64,000 nt of DNA from Candidatus Eiseniibacteriota bacterium (GTDB taxonomy: Bacteria > Eisenbacteria > RBG-16-71-46), in the NCBI GenBank assembly GCA_963725865.1, contig CAVSAC010000014.1, forward strand, positions 736,001 to 800,000. Reading direction: 5' to 3'. Below, piece after piece: positions 1 through 12,537 of this stretch. How positions within the stretch are numbered: the first letter of the stretch is position 1; each line of letters starts with the position of its first letter. The notes beneath the pieces were generated by a model. It had not been told where the DNA came from and searched no databases. It saw nothing but the letters and a program-made list of their open reading frames with translations. Both the position numbers and the translations under genes were made by a program.

Positions 1-821
1 CAGGAGCGCGCGCAGCTCGCCGCGGCCGAAGCCCAGCGCGATCTCGCCAAGTCCAACCTCGAGCGGTCGACCCAGCTGCTCGAGAAGCAGCTGATCGCCC
101 AGGCGGAGCACGACCAGGTGGCGGCGCTCTTCAAGCAGGCGGAGGCGAACGTCAGGACGATCGAGGCCGGCATCGAGCGCAAGACCATCCGCGCCCCGTT
201 CTCCGGCGTCGCCGGCATCCGCCGCGTGAACCTCGGCCAGTACCTCGAGAGCGGCGAGCCGGTCGTCCCGCTCCAGTCGATGGAAGCCGTGTTCGTGGAC
301 TTCGCGGTGCCGCAGCAGGTGGTGCGCTCGCTGCGGGTGGGTGACACGGTGTGGGCCACCGCCGACACCAGCACGCAGGCGAAGGTCACGGGGCGCGTGA
401 CCGCGATCAACCCGGTGGTCGACGACGCCACTCGCAACGTCCAGGTGCAGGCCACGTTCCGCAATGCGCGCGGTCAGCTGCGCGCCGGCATGTACGTCTC
501 CGTGAGTGTGGCGCTCGGCACCGAGCACGCGCCGGTGATCACGCTGCCGTCCTCGGCCATCAACTTCGCGCCCTACGGCAACTCGGTGTTCATCGTGGAG
601 GACCTCAAGGGTCCGGACGGCAAGTCCTACCGCGGCGTGCGCCAGCAGTTCGTGAAGCTGGGCAGCTCCCAGGGCGACCTGGTCGCGGTGGTGGACGGCG
701 TGAAGCCCGGACAGGAGGTCGTCACGTCCGGGGTGTTCAAGCTCCGCACCGGCGCCGCGGTCAAGGTGAACAATGCCGTGCAGCCGTCCGCGAGCTCCAA
801 CCCCAACCCCGAGAATAGCTG

Positions 822-822
<1 letters not shown>
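1..822 (+). CDS. RND efflux periplasmic adaptor (membrane fusion protein), 5' partial
   Basis: Frame open from base 1; IRAPFSG lipoyl-like motif, INPVVDDATRNVQVQA, LRAGMYV; TGATG overlap with downstream RND permease. Confidence 0.93.
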
Positions 823-3908
<3,086 letters not shown>

Positions 3909-3917
3909 GGCGGTAGG

Positions 3918-3958
3918 CCGGGCACGGGCACGGCGCCTCGCGCCATGTCCGTGCTCGG
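3918..3958. terminator. GC-rich stem-loop after RND permease (possible terminator/REP-like)
   Basis: CCGGGCACGGGCACGGCGC-CTC-GCGCCATGTCCGTGCTCGG, 19-bp stem with 2 G-U pairs and 1 mismatch, 9 nt after the stop; no U-tract. Confidence 0.45.
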
Positions 3959-4107
3959 TGCCGTCGCCGGACACCGCAGGGGCCGTCGCTGGCGGCGCGT
4001 TCCCCGCTCCCCACTCGCGCCGATCCGGACGGCTGGAGCGACCGCCACGCGCGGGCTATACTCCCCGCCCGTCCGCGCCCCCCGTCCACTCCGACCCGGA
4101 ATGGCCC

Positions 4108-4281
4108 ATGAACGACGCCTCCAAGTCCGCCACCACGCATCTCGAGCGCGTGTCCATCTCGTGCCCCGGCTGCGGCCGCCACGACTGGGTGAGTTGGCCA
4201 GCGGGTCAGTCCACCTTCCACTGGACGTGCTTCAACTGCGAGAAGACGTTCGACCTTCCCCGTCCGGGCGGAGGTCACTGA
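4108..4281 (+). CDS. Small zinc-ribbon protein (57 aa)
   Basis: MNDASK...CPGC-x19-CFNC; high-GC3 codon pattern; TATACT about 45 nt upstream. Confidence 0.7.
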   Translation: MNDASKSATTHLERVSISCPGCGRHDWVSWPAGQSTFHWTCFNCEKTFDLPRPGGGH

Positions 4282-4316
4282 TCCCAGCTGGCCGCGGCCG
4301 CGAAGGGACCCCCTCG

Positions 4317-5078
4317 ATGAAGACGCTCCTGAGCTTCGTGTGCGTGCTCGCGGCTTGCGCGCTGCCGCTCGCCGCCCGCGCGGCGACCCCGCCGTCGGAT
4401 CCCGGCGCGATCGCGATGGCCGGCAAGGTGATGGGCGCGCTGGGCGGCCAGCAGCGCTGGGATGCGCTGCGCGGGCTGCGATGGACGTTCGGCGTGGCGA
4501 CGCACGACACCGTGCTCACGTCGCGCCGGCACGCGTGGGACAAGTTCACCGGCTGGCACCGCGTCGAGGGCCGCACGCGTGCCGGCGTGTCCTTCGTGTT
4601 CGTCCATCGCCTCTTCAGCGACGAAGGGCACGCGTGGATGAACGGCAACCCGATCGAGGGGGACTCGCTCAAGAAGCTGATGGCGCAGGCCAACTCGCTC
4701 TGGATCAACGACACCTACTGGATGCTGATGCCGTACAAGCTGCGCGACCCGGGCGTCATCCTGAAGGACGACGGCGGCGCCGACAGCGAGGGGAAGGCGT
4801 ACCAGAAGCTGGCGTTGTCGTTCGACCACGTCGGGCAGACTCCGGGCGACCGCTACTGGGTGTACGTGGATCCGCAGAACTCGCGGGTGGTGCGCTGGGA
4901 GATGATCCTCCAGGGCGACCCGCCGGCCGGGCCTCCGGCCGCCTACTCGTGGGAGGACTGGGAGCAGCACGACGGACTGTGGTTCCCGACCGCGCACCGC
5001 AACGGCACCCGCAACGTGTTCACGCGCGAGATCGAGACGGTCGCGTCGTTCCCCGCGGGCACGTTCGAGAAGCCCTGA
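4317..5078 (+). CDS. Secreted hypothetical protein (beta-rich, Trp-rich)
   Basis: Signal peptide MKTLLSFVCVLAACALPLAARA; conserved-looking WINDTYWMLMPYKL and GQTPGDRYWVYVD segments. Confidence 0.8.
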   Translation: MKTLLSFVCVLAACALPLAARAATPPSDPGAIAMAGKVMGALGGQQRWDALRGLRWTFGVATHDTVLTSRRHAWDKFTGWHRVEGRTRAGVSFVFVHRLFSDEGHAWMNGNPIEGDSLKKLMAQANSLWINDTYWMLMPYKLRDPGVILKDDGGADSEGKAYQKLALSFDHVGQTPGDRYWVYVDPQNSRVVRWEMILQGDPPAGPPAAYSWEDWEQHDGLWFPTAHRNGTRNVFTREIETVASFPAGTFEKP

Positions 5079-5082
5079 CGGC

Positions 5083-5766
5083 ATGAGCGCCGGCTCGCTC
5101 GTGACCACCACCCTGCGCATCAGCGAGGTGTTCCTGTCGCTCCAGGGCGAGGGCCCGTCGGCCGGCACCCCCGCGCACTTCGTGCGCCTGCAGGGCTGCA
5201 CCGTGGGCTGTCACTGGTGCGACACGCGCTACGCCTGGGACGGCGCGCAGGGTCGCGCGCTCGACTCCGCCGACCTGTGGCGGGAGGCCGAGGCACTCGG
5301 CGCGGCGCCGCTGCTCGTGGTGACCGGCGGCGAGCCGCTCGAATCGCCGGGGATCGGCGCGCTGCTCGACGAAGCGCTCGAGCGCTGGAGCCGCGTCGAG
5401 GTCGAGACCAGCGGCCTGCTCCCGCCGCCGCGCTCGCACCCGCGGCTCGCGTGGAACGTCTCGCCCAAGCTGCCGTCGGCGACGCCGCGCTCCGCGGAGA
5501 CCTGGGCGCACGTGGCCGCCTGGATCGCCGAGCCGCGCGCGACGTTCAAGCTCGTGGTGGGCGACGATCCCGACCTGGCCGACGCGCTGCGGCTGATCGA
5601 GGCCCACGGCGTTCCGCACGGGCGCGTGATGCTGATGCCCGAGGGGCTCACCGATTCCGTGCTGCGCGAGCGCGCGGCCCGGCTCGCGCCCGAGTGCGTG
5701 CGCCACGGCCTGCGTCTGAGCCCACGCCTGCACGTCTGGATGTGGGGGGCCAAGCGAGGCGTATGA
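5083..5766 (+). CDS. queE: 7-carboxy-7-deazaguanine synthase (radical SAM)
   Basis: EVFLSLQGEG, RLQGCTVGCHWCDT (CxxxCxxC), VTGGEP, VSPKL; adjacent to queC/queD. Confidence 0.92.
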   Translation: MSAGSLVTTTLRISEVFLSLQGEGPSAGTPAHFVRLQGCTVGCHWCDTRYAWDGAQGRALDSADLWREAEALGAAPLLVVTGGEPLESPGIGALLDEALERWSRVEVETSGLLPPPRSHPRLAWNVSPKLPSATPRSAETWAHVAAWIAEPRATFKLVVGDDPDLADALRLIEAHGVPHGRVMLMPEGLTDSVLRERAARLAPECVRHGLRLSPRLHVWMWGAKRGV

Positions 5767-6461
5767 GCACGGCCGCGGTCATCCTGCTGTCGGGCGGGCT
5801 CGACTCGAGCACTTGCCTGGCCTGGGCGCGCGCCCGGGGATTCGCCTGCCACGCGCTGACGGTGGACTACGGCCAGCGCCAGCGCGTGGAGCTGGCGGCG
5901 GCCGCGCGCGTCGCGGCGGCGCTGGGGGCGGCGAGCCATCGCGTGGTGGCGGTGGACCTGCGCGCGATCGGCGGCTCGTCGCTCACGGCCGACGTCGCGG
6001 TCCCGCGCGACCGCGACGAGGCCGCGATGGCCGCCGGCGTCCCGCCCACCTACGTACCGGCGCGCAACACGATGCTGCTCGCGCTGGCGCTCGGGCTCGC
6101 CGAGACGCTTGGGGCCGCCGACCTGGTGGCGGGCATGAACGCCGTCGACTACTCCGGGTATCCCGACTGCCGTCCCGAGTTCGTGCGCGCGTTCGAGTCG
6201 CTGGCGGCGCTGGCCACGGTGGCGGGCGTCCAGGGGACGCGCTTCACGGTGCACACCCCACTGATGGCGCTCGACAAGGCCGGCATCGTGCGCCTCGGCG
6301 TGGAGCTGGGGCTCGACCCCGGCATGACGCACACGTGCTACGATCCCGCGGCCGGCGGCGAGGCGTGCGGGCGCTGCGATGCGTGCCGCCTGCGACTCAA
6401 GGGCTTTCGAGAGGCGGGGCGGACCGACCCGCTCCGCTACGTGACGCGCCCGGAGTTCTGA
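5763..6461 (+). CDS. queC: 7-cyano-7-deazaguanine synthase
   Basis: SGGLDS PP-loop, DYGQR, TYVPARN, YPDCR, C-terminal CY...CGRCDAC; ATGA overlap with queE. Confidence 0.96.
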   Translation: MSTAAVILLSGGLDSSTCLAWARARGFACHALTVDYGQRQRVELAAAARVAAALGAASHRVVAVDLRAIGGSSLTADVAVPRDRDEAAMAAGVPPTYVPARNTMLLALALGLAETLGAADLVAGMNAVDYSGYPDCRPEFVRAFESLAALATVAGVQGTRFTVHTPLMALDKAGIVRLGVELGLDPGMTHTCYDPAAGGEACGRCDACRLRLKGFREAGRTDPLRYVTRPEF

Positions 6462-6463
6462 GC

Positions 6464-6832
6464 ATGCGCGTGGAGCTGACCCGCGACTACACCTTCGAGG
6501 CCGCGCACCGGCTGCCCCAGGTGCCGGCCGAGCACAAGTGCGCGCGCATGCACGGCCATTCCTACCGGGTCGGCGTCACGGTCGCGGGCGAAGTCGATCC
6601 GCGCCTGGGCTGGCTGGTGGATTTCGGCGAGATCACCGCGGTGGTGGAGCCGATGCTCAGGCGCGAACTCGATCATCGCACGCTCAACGACGTGCCCGGG
6701 CTGGAGAACCCCACGGCGGAGCTGCTCTGCGCCTGGCTGTGGTCCCGACTTGCCCCGCACCTGCCGTATCTTTCCGCCATCACAGTGCACGAGACGTGTA
6801 CGGCCCGCTGCACCTATCGCGGACCGGGCTGA
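6464..6832 (+). CDS. queD: 6-carboxy-5,6,7,8-tetrahydropterin synthase
   Basis: FEAAHRL, CARMHGHSY, LDHRTLN, ENPTAE, HET motifs. Confidence 0.95.
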   Translation: MRVELTRDYTFEAAHRLPQVPAEHKCARMHGHSYRVGVTVAGEVDPRLGWLVDFGEITAVVEPMLRRELDHRTLNDVPGLENPTAELLCAWLWSRLAPHLPYLSAITVHETCTARCTYRGPG

Positions 6833-6853
6833 TCCATCCGAAGGGACCCCGCC

Positions 6854-7768
6854 ATGCCACATCGAGTGTTCGTCACCGGCGCCACCGGCTATCTCGGCAG
6901 CGCCATCGCGGCGCGCCTGGCGCGCGCCGGTCACATCGTCATCGGCCTCACGCGCGATCGTGCGCGCGCGTCGTCGATCGCCGCCGCCGGCGTGCAGCCC
7001 TTGGTGGGGGACATCGGCGAGCCAGCGAGCTTCATCGGCGCGCTCAAGAACTGCGACGTCGCAGTCCACGCCGCGGTCGATCCGCGCGAGCCGGCCGTCC
7101 GCGACCAGCAGATGCTCGATCTGGTGCGCGCGGCAGCCGAGGACGGACGCGTGCGGCGGTTCCTGTACACCAGCGGCATGTGGATCCACGGGGACACCGG
7201 CGACCAGGTGGTCGACGAGGACTCGCCGCTCGCACCGCTGCCGATCTCGCGGCATCGTCCCGCCCACGAGGACTTGGCGCTCGACCTCGCGAGGCTCGAC
7301 GTCGCGAGCGTCGTGCTGCGCCCGACGATCGTCTACGGCGAGTCGCGCGGGATCCTCGGCGACGTGTTCGCCGAGGCGCGCGACCATCGCACCGTCACGA
7401 TGCCCGGCGACGGCTCGCAGTTCTGGGGCCTCGTGCATCGTGAGGACGTCGCCGAGGCGTACGCCCTGGCGCTCGAGCACGCGAAGGGCGGCGAACGCTG
7501 GATCCTCAACGACGGCTCCCTCCTGACCGCGCGCGAGGTCCACTCGGCCATCGCGCGGGTGACCGGCGCCGAACTGCGCCCGCGCCCCCGCGAGGAGGTG
7601 CTGAAGGCGCTCGGCCCGTACGGCGAGGCGCTGCTCGCGAGCCAGCGCTCGAGCGCCGCGCGCGCGCGACGCGAGCTCGGCTGGGTGCCGCGCCACACCT
7701 CGTTCGTGGACGAGATCGACGGCATCTACGGCGAATGGCTCACGTCGCACGGTTCCCCGGTGGGCTGA
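6854..7768 (+). CDS. NAD-dependent epimerase/dehydratase family (atypical SDR)
   Basis: VFVTGATGYLG Rossmann motif, FLYTSG, LRPTIVYG, VHREDVA. Confidence 0.88.
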   Translation: MPHRVFVTGATGYLGSAIAARLARAGHIVIGLTRDRARASSIAAAGVQPLVGDIGEPASFIGALKNCDVAVHAAVDPREPAVRDQQMLDLVRAAAEDGRVRRFLYTSGMWIHGDTGDQVVDEDSPLAPLPISRHRPAHEDLALDLARLDVASVVLRPTIVYGESRGILGDVFAEARDHRTVTMPGDGSQFWGLVHREDVAEAYALALEHAKGGERWILNDGSLLTAREVHSAIARVTGAELRPRPREEVLKALGPYGEALLASQRSSAARARRELGWVPRHTSFVDEIDGIYGEWLTSHGSPVG

Positions 7769-7888
7769 GCGCGGCGCCACGACGCGCGCCGGCGTGACGC
7801 ATCCCGCCCCACGCCTCGAAGGCCCGGCCTGTCGCCGGGCCTTCGGCGTTCCCTGCGAGGGGCCGACTCGCTAGAGTCTGCGCCGTCC

Positions 7889-9745
7889 ATGGAACTCCCC
7901 CGCACGCAGCTCCCGCTCCGCCGGATCGGTCTCGCGATCGCCACGCTGGTCGCGATCGGGTCGCTGGCGCTCGCCGGTCGCGGCTGCACGCGCGGTGCCA
8001 TCGCCGCGCGCGTGCGACACGCCGCCGCGGCGCGCGGGATGTCGGCGAGCTGGCGCACGCTCGACCTCGCGTGGCCGCTCCACATCCGCTTCACCGGGCT
8101 GGCGCTGGCCGGCGCGGCCGGCGGCGACACGCTGTTCCGCGCCGAGTCACTCGCGGTGGTCCTCGATCCGTGGCGCCTGCTGGTGCTCCGTCCCACGCCC
8201 AGCGAGGTGCTGCTGGCGCACGCGCGGATCGTGCGGCCCGCGCCGGTGGCGACCGACACGCTACCGCCCGCCGACGAGGCGGCACGCCACCGCAAGGGAC
8301 CGGATCGCTCCGCGCGCGTGCGCCATCGCGCCGAGAGCGTGATCCAGGCCCTGCTGCTGCCGGCGCGCCGGCTGCCGCACCTCGCGGTGCGCGACCTCGT
8401 CGTCACGCAGGAGCGGGCGCCCGGCGAGTCCGCCGCCGAGCCGGCGGCGTCGCTCCAGCTCGCCGCGCTCGAGCTGCGGCGCACCGCCGGCGCGGCCATG
8501 CTCGAGGCCGCGGGCGTGCTGGTCCAGGAGCGCGCGGTGCCGTTCCGGCTGGCGCTCTCGTGGAGCGACGACGACCACCTCGACGGCGGCGGACAGATCG
8601 GAATCACGGCGCCCGACGGCTCGACCCTCACGCCGCTGCGGCTCGCGATCAACGGGCGCCTGCGCCAGGACCGCGCGCGCGGCACCGTGAGGACGACCGA
8701 TTCGACGCGCGTGCTGATCGGGGACATCCCGGTCTTCGTGACGGCCGAGCTGGATCGCCGCGGCCCCGCGGTGCACCTGCGGCTGGCGGCCGCGGACCTC
8801 GACGAGGCGCGGCTGCTGGCGAGCATCCCGCGCTCGCTGCTGGGCCCGCTCGCCGACCTCGCGGTGGTGGGCTCGTTCGACTACCAGCTCGCGTTCGACC
8901 TCGATCTGCAGCACCCCGACGACGTCGACTTCCACGCCGACGTGATCCCGCACGGCCTGATGCTCGACCCGTCGCGCACCCGGCTCGACATCGCGCGGCT
9001 GGACCAGCCCTTCGTGGCCACCATCCACCTGCCCCACGACGTGCGGGTGACCCGCGATCTATCGGAGGCGAATCCGCACTTCCTACCGTACGAGCGCATC
9101 GACTCGCTGCTCGTGCACGCCGTGCTCACCAACGAGGACGGGAGCTTCTTCCGCCACCGCGGCTTCAACACCGAGGCCGTGAAGATGGCGATCGCGGACA
9201 ACATCCACGCCGCCGCCTACCGTCGCGGCGCCGGCACCATCACCATGCAGCTCGCGCGCAACCTGTGGCTCGGCCACGAGCGCACGCTCGCCCGCAAGGC
9301 GCAGGAGGTGGTGCTGGCCTGGGTGCTCGAGCACCTCACCGGGCTCACCAAGCAGCGGCTGCTCGAGATCTACCTCAACATCATCGAGTGGGGCCCCGGC
9401 GTGCACGGCGCCGACGAGGCCACGCAGTATTACTTCGGCCACGGTGCCGATCACGTGAGCGTCGACGAGGCGCTGTTCCTCACCACCGTGGTCCCGGCGC
9501 CGACCAGGTGGCGGTGGCGGTTCGAGAAGGACGGCACGCTGCGCGCGTTCGAGCGCGCGCAGATGCACTTCATCGGGCGCGCGATGATCGCCAAGGGCCG
9601 GCTGGATGCCGCGGCGCTGCCGGCGGCGGACTCACTGCGCGTCGAGCTGCGCGGGCCCGCGCGCGACGTGCTGTTCCCGCCCGACAGCACGGCGGCGCCG
9701 GCGGATTCGCTCGGCGCGGGCGGCGCGATCCTCACCGCACTCTGA
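7889..9745 (+). CDS. Monofunctional peptidoglycan transglycosylase (GT51) with long N-terminal extension
   Basis: N-terminal anchor; EDGSFFRHRG, GAGTITMQLARNL, RKAQE, LEIYLNIIEWG; no transpeptidase domain. Confidence 0.88.
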   Translation: MELPRTQLPLRRIGLAIATLVAIGSLALAGRGCTRGAIAARVRHAAAARGMSASWRTLDLAWPLHIRFTGLALAGAAGGDTLFRAESLAVVLDPWRLLVLRPTPSEVLLAHARIVRPAPVATDTLPPADEAARHRKGPDRSARVRHRAESVIQALLLPARRLPHLAVRDLVVTQERAPGESAAEPAASLQLAALELRRTAGAAMLEAAGVLVQERAVPFRLALSWSDDDHLDGGGQIGITAPDGSTLTPLRLAINGRLRQDRARGTVRTTDSTRVLIGDIPVFVTAELDRRGPAVHLRLAAADLDEARLLASIPRSLLGPLADLAVVGSFDYQLAFDLDLQHPDDVDFHADVIPHGLMLDPSRTRLDIARLDQPFVATIHLPHDVRVTRDLSEANPHFLPYERIDSLLVHAVLTNEDGSFFRHRGFNTEAVKMAIADNIHAAAYRRGAGTITMQLARNLWLGHERTLARKAQEVVLAWVLEHLTGLTKQRLLEIYLNIIEWGPGVHGADEATQYYFGHGADHVSVDEALFLTTVVPAPTRWRWRFEKDGTLRAFERAQMHFIGRAMIAKGRLDAAALPAADSLRVELRGPARDVLFPPDSTAAPADSLGAGGAILTAL

Positions 9746-9823
9746 GGCCTCGCGCGGGCGGAGCGGGCGCGAAGCGTGCGGCGCGGGATCGCGCGGCCCG
9801 CTCGCGCCGACCGCGAACGGCGC

Positions 9824-10042
9824 TCACCGCTCGCGCTGGATCAGCTCCGAGAGCGGGATGATCGTGACGCCCCGGACCGGCGTGCGCCCCGGCCGCGAGC
9901 CGGCCGCGTGCGCCGGCAGCCGGCAGCCCGGACAGTCCTCGCACGCCGCGCCCTTGCGGCGCAGCCGTCGCGCCACCAGCCACCCCAGCGCCGCGAGCGC
10001 GAGCACCCCGACCGCCAGGTCCTGCCAGCCGAGCGCGCGCAT
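9824..10042 (-). CDS. FeoB-associated Cys-rich small membrane protein
   Basis: 72 aa, one TM (WQDLAVGVLALAALGWLV) then CEDCPGC; TGATG overlap with feoB stop. Confidence 0.78.
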   Translation of the reverse strand: MRALGWQDLAVGVLALAALGWLVARRLRRKGAACEDCPGCRLPAHAAGSRPGRTPVRGVTIIPLSELIQRER

Positions 10043-12279
10043 CAGCCGAGCCCCAGCACGCGGCCGCCCTGGAAGACCGTGAACGACACGATCCACGCCA
10101 GCACGTTCATCATCACCAGCATGAACAGCGGCCAGCGCCACGAGTCGGTCTCGCGCCGCACCACGGCGACCGTGGACATGCACTGGCAGGCGAGCACGAA
10201 GAACACCATCAGGCTGATCCCCACCAGCGGGGTGTACGGCCGGTGTCCGTGCTCGTCGGTGGCCTCGCGCAGGCGCTGGCGCAGCGAACCCGCGGCATCG
10301 TCGACGTCGCCCAGGTTGAACACGGTGGCCATCGTGGACACCATCACCTCGCGCGCGGCCAGCGACGTGATGAGCCCGATGCCGATGCGCCAGTCGAAGC
10401 CGAGCGGGCGGATGACCGGCTCGATGAAGCGCCCGGCGCGCCCGGCGAACGAATCGCGCAACGTGAGGCCCGCCAGCTCGTGCTCGAGCGCCGCCACCCG
10501 CGGCGCGTCTCCGGACTGCTGCGCCGTCGCGATCCGCGCGCGCACCGCGTCGCTGGCCACGCCGCCGCGCGGGTAGGAGGCGAGGAACCACAGCACCACC
10601 GACACCGCGAGGATCACGGTGCCCGCCTTGCCGAGGAACAGCAGCGAGCGCTCGCGCACGATCGCCACCACCGAGCGCCACGACGGCATGCGGTAGGGCG
10701 GCAGCTCCATCACGTAGAGCGGCTTGCCGCCCTTGAGCACCGTGCGCTTGAGCACCGCCGCCACCACGATCGCGGCGGCGATGCCGAGGAAGTACATCGA
10801 GAACAGCGTGATGCCCGGCAGCGTCACGAATCCGACCCAGCGGTTGGGCACGAACGCGCCGATCAGCAGCGCGTACACCGGCAGCCGCGCGCTGCACGAC
10901 ATGAACGGGGCGATCATCATGGTGGTGATGCGGTCGCGCCGGTTGTCGATGGTGCGGGTGGCCATGATGCCGGGGATCGCGCACGCGAACGACGACAGCA
11001 GCGGGATGAACGCGCGGCCCGACAGCCCGACCCGGCCCATCAGCCGGTCCATGATGAACGCCGCGCGCGCCATGTAGCCGCTGTCCTCGAGCACCGAGAG
11101 GAAGAAGAACAGGATCGCGATCTGCGGGACGAACGTGATGGTGGTGCCGACGCCGGCGATGATGCCGTCCACCACCAGCGAGCGCAGCGGGCCGGCGGGC
11201 ATCACGGCCTCGATCAGGCCGCCGAAGCGGCCGACCGCCCAGTCGATGGCGTCCATCGCCGGCTGGGCCCACGCGAACACCGACTGGAACACCGCCCCCA
11301 TCAGCAGCACGAACAGCACCGGGCCCCACACGCGGTGGGTGAGCACGCGGTCGATCCGCTCGCGGGTCACGTCGCGGGTGGCGCCCTTCTCGAGCACCGC
11401 GCGGGCGAGCACGCCTTCGATGGTCTCGTAGAGCCCGTCGATCTCGTCCGAGCGCCAGCCGGGCTCGATGGCGTCGAGCCGCCGGCGCAGGATGCGCAGG
11501 TCGTCGAGCACGTCGGGGTCGGCGGCGCGCGCCAGCGCGTCGTCCTCGCCGTCGTCGAGCAGCAGCGCCATCGCGAGGTCGTGGCGGCCGCGGTCGGGCA
11601 GCAGCGGGTGGCGCGGCAGCCGCGCCTCGAGGCGGTCGACCACGCGCTGCACGTGCGCCGGCCAGCGGCGGAAGTGCACGTGCGAGGGCTCGACGTCGCG
11701 GTCCATCAGGCGGCGCAGGTGGCCGAGCCCCTCGCCCCGCGTGGCCGCGATGCCGACCACCGGCACGCCCAGCGCCTGCTCGAGCGCGCGCTCGTCGATG
11801 CGCAGGCCCTGCGCCGCGGCGGCGTCCATCATGTTGAGCGCCAGGATCACGGGGCGGCCGATCTCGATCACCTGCAGCGCCAGGTAGAGGTGGCGGTCGA
11901 GGTTGGTGGCGTCCACCACGAACACGATCAGGTCGGGCGGCGGCGTGTCGGCCTGCAGCCCGAGCAGCACGTCGCGCACGATGACTTCGTCGGGCGAGGC
12001 CGGGTGCAGGCTGTAGCTGCCCGGCAGGTCGATCAGCTCGGCGCGGCGGCCCGACGGCAGGTCGCAGGCGCCGGTCTTCTTCTCGACCGTGACGCCGGGG
12101 TAGTTGCCGACCTTCTGCCGCAGTCCGGTGAGCGCGTTGAAGAGCGTCGACTTGCCGGCGTTCGGGTTGCCCAGGATCGCGATGCGCCGCGGCTGCGCGG
12201 CGATCACACGCGGCAGCGCGTCGGCGCGCACCTCGCGCAGGGCGGGCCGCCCGGGCCGCGTGTCAGCGGGCGTCGACAT
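10042..12279 (-). CDS. feoB: Ferrous iron transporter B
   Basis: GNPNAGKS, VGNYPGVTVE, DLPG, LNMMD GTPase motifs; EDSGYMARAA, FACAIPG, FMSCSARLP membrane gates. Confidence 0.96.
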   Translation of the reverse strand: MSTPADTRPGRPALREVRADALPRVIAAQPRRIAILGNPNAGKSTLFNALTGLRQKVGNYPGVTVEKKTGACDLPSGRRAELIDLPGSYSLHPASPDEVIVRDVLLGLQADTPPPDLIVFVVDATNLDRHLYLALQVIEIGRPVILALNMMDAAAAQGLRIDERALEQALGVPVVGIAATRGEGLGHLRRLMDRDVEPSHVHFRRWPAHVQRVVDRLEARLPRHPLLPDRGRHDLAMALLLDDGEDDALARAADPDVLDDLRILRRRLDAIEPGWRSDEIDGLYETIEGVLARAVLEKGATRDVTRERIDRVLTHRVWGPVLFVLLMGAVFQSVFAWAQPAMDAIDWAVGRFGGLIEAVMPAGPLRSLVVDGIIAGVGTTITFVPQIAILFFFLSVLEDSGYMARAAFIMDRLMGRVGLSGRAFIPLLSSFACAIPGIMATRTIDNRRDRITTMMIAPFMSCSARLPVYALLIGAFVPNRWVGFVTLPGITLFSMYFLGIAAAIVVAAVLKRTVLKGGKPLYVMELPPYRMPSWRSVVAIVRERSLLFLGKAGTVILAVSVVLWFLASYPRGGVASDAVRARIATAQQSGDAPRVAALEHELAGLTLRDSFAGRAGRFIEPVIRPLGFDWRIGIGLITSLAAREVMVSTMATVFNLGDVDDAAGSLRQRLREATDEHGHRPYTPLVGISLMVFFVLACQCMSTVAVVRRETDSWRWPLFMLVMMNVLAWIVSFTVFQGGRVLGLG

Positions 12280-12537
12280 GGATGTGGCGCGGCTTCGCTG
12301 CGGCGGAGGGAGAGGTGGATCTGCGCGCAGCTCGAGCTCGACCGGATCGCCGAGCGGCGCGCGCCGCACCATCTCGACCGTGGTGCCGGGCATGAGACCC
12401 AGCTCCATCAGGCGGCGCGCGATGGCCGGCTCGCCCGCCAGCCGCACGATGACGCCGGACTCGCCGGGATCGAGCGCGTCGAGCGTGCGCAGCTCGTGCT
12501 CGGCGGGCCCGCGCGCTCCGTTCGCGCCCTCGGTCAC
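12263..12537 (-). pseudogene. feoA: FeoA with two apparent frameshifts near the 3' end (or sequencing errors)
   Basis: RRLMELGLMPGTTVEMVRRAPLGDPVELELR in frame 1; QIHLSLRRSEAA in the next frame; HIHVDAR* in the third; GTGA overlap with upstream regulator. Confidence 0.8.

Noticed and set aside
5083..6832. dpd-type 7-deazaguanine DNA modification/defence island
   Set aside because: No dpdA/tgt-like, helicase, nuclease or mobility genes nearby
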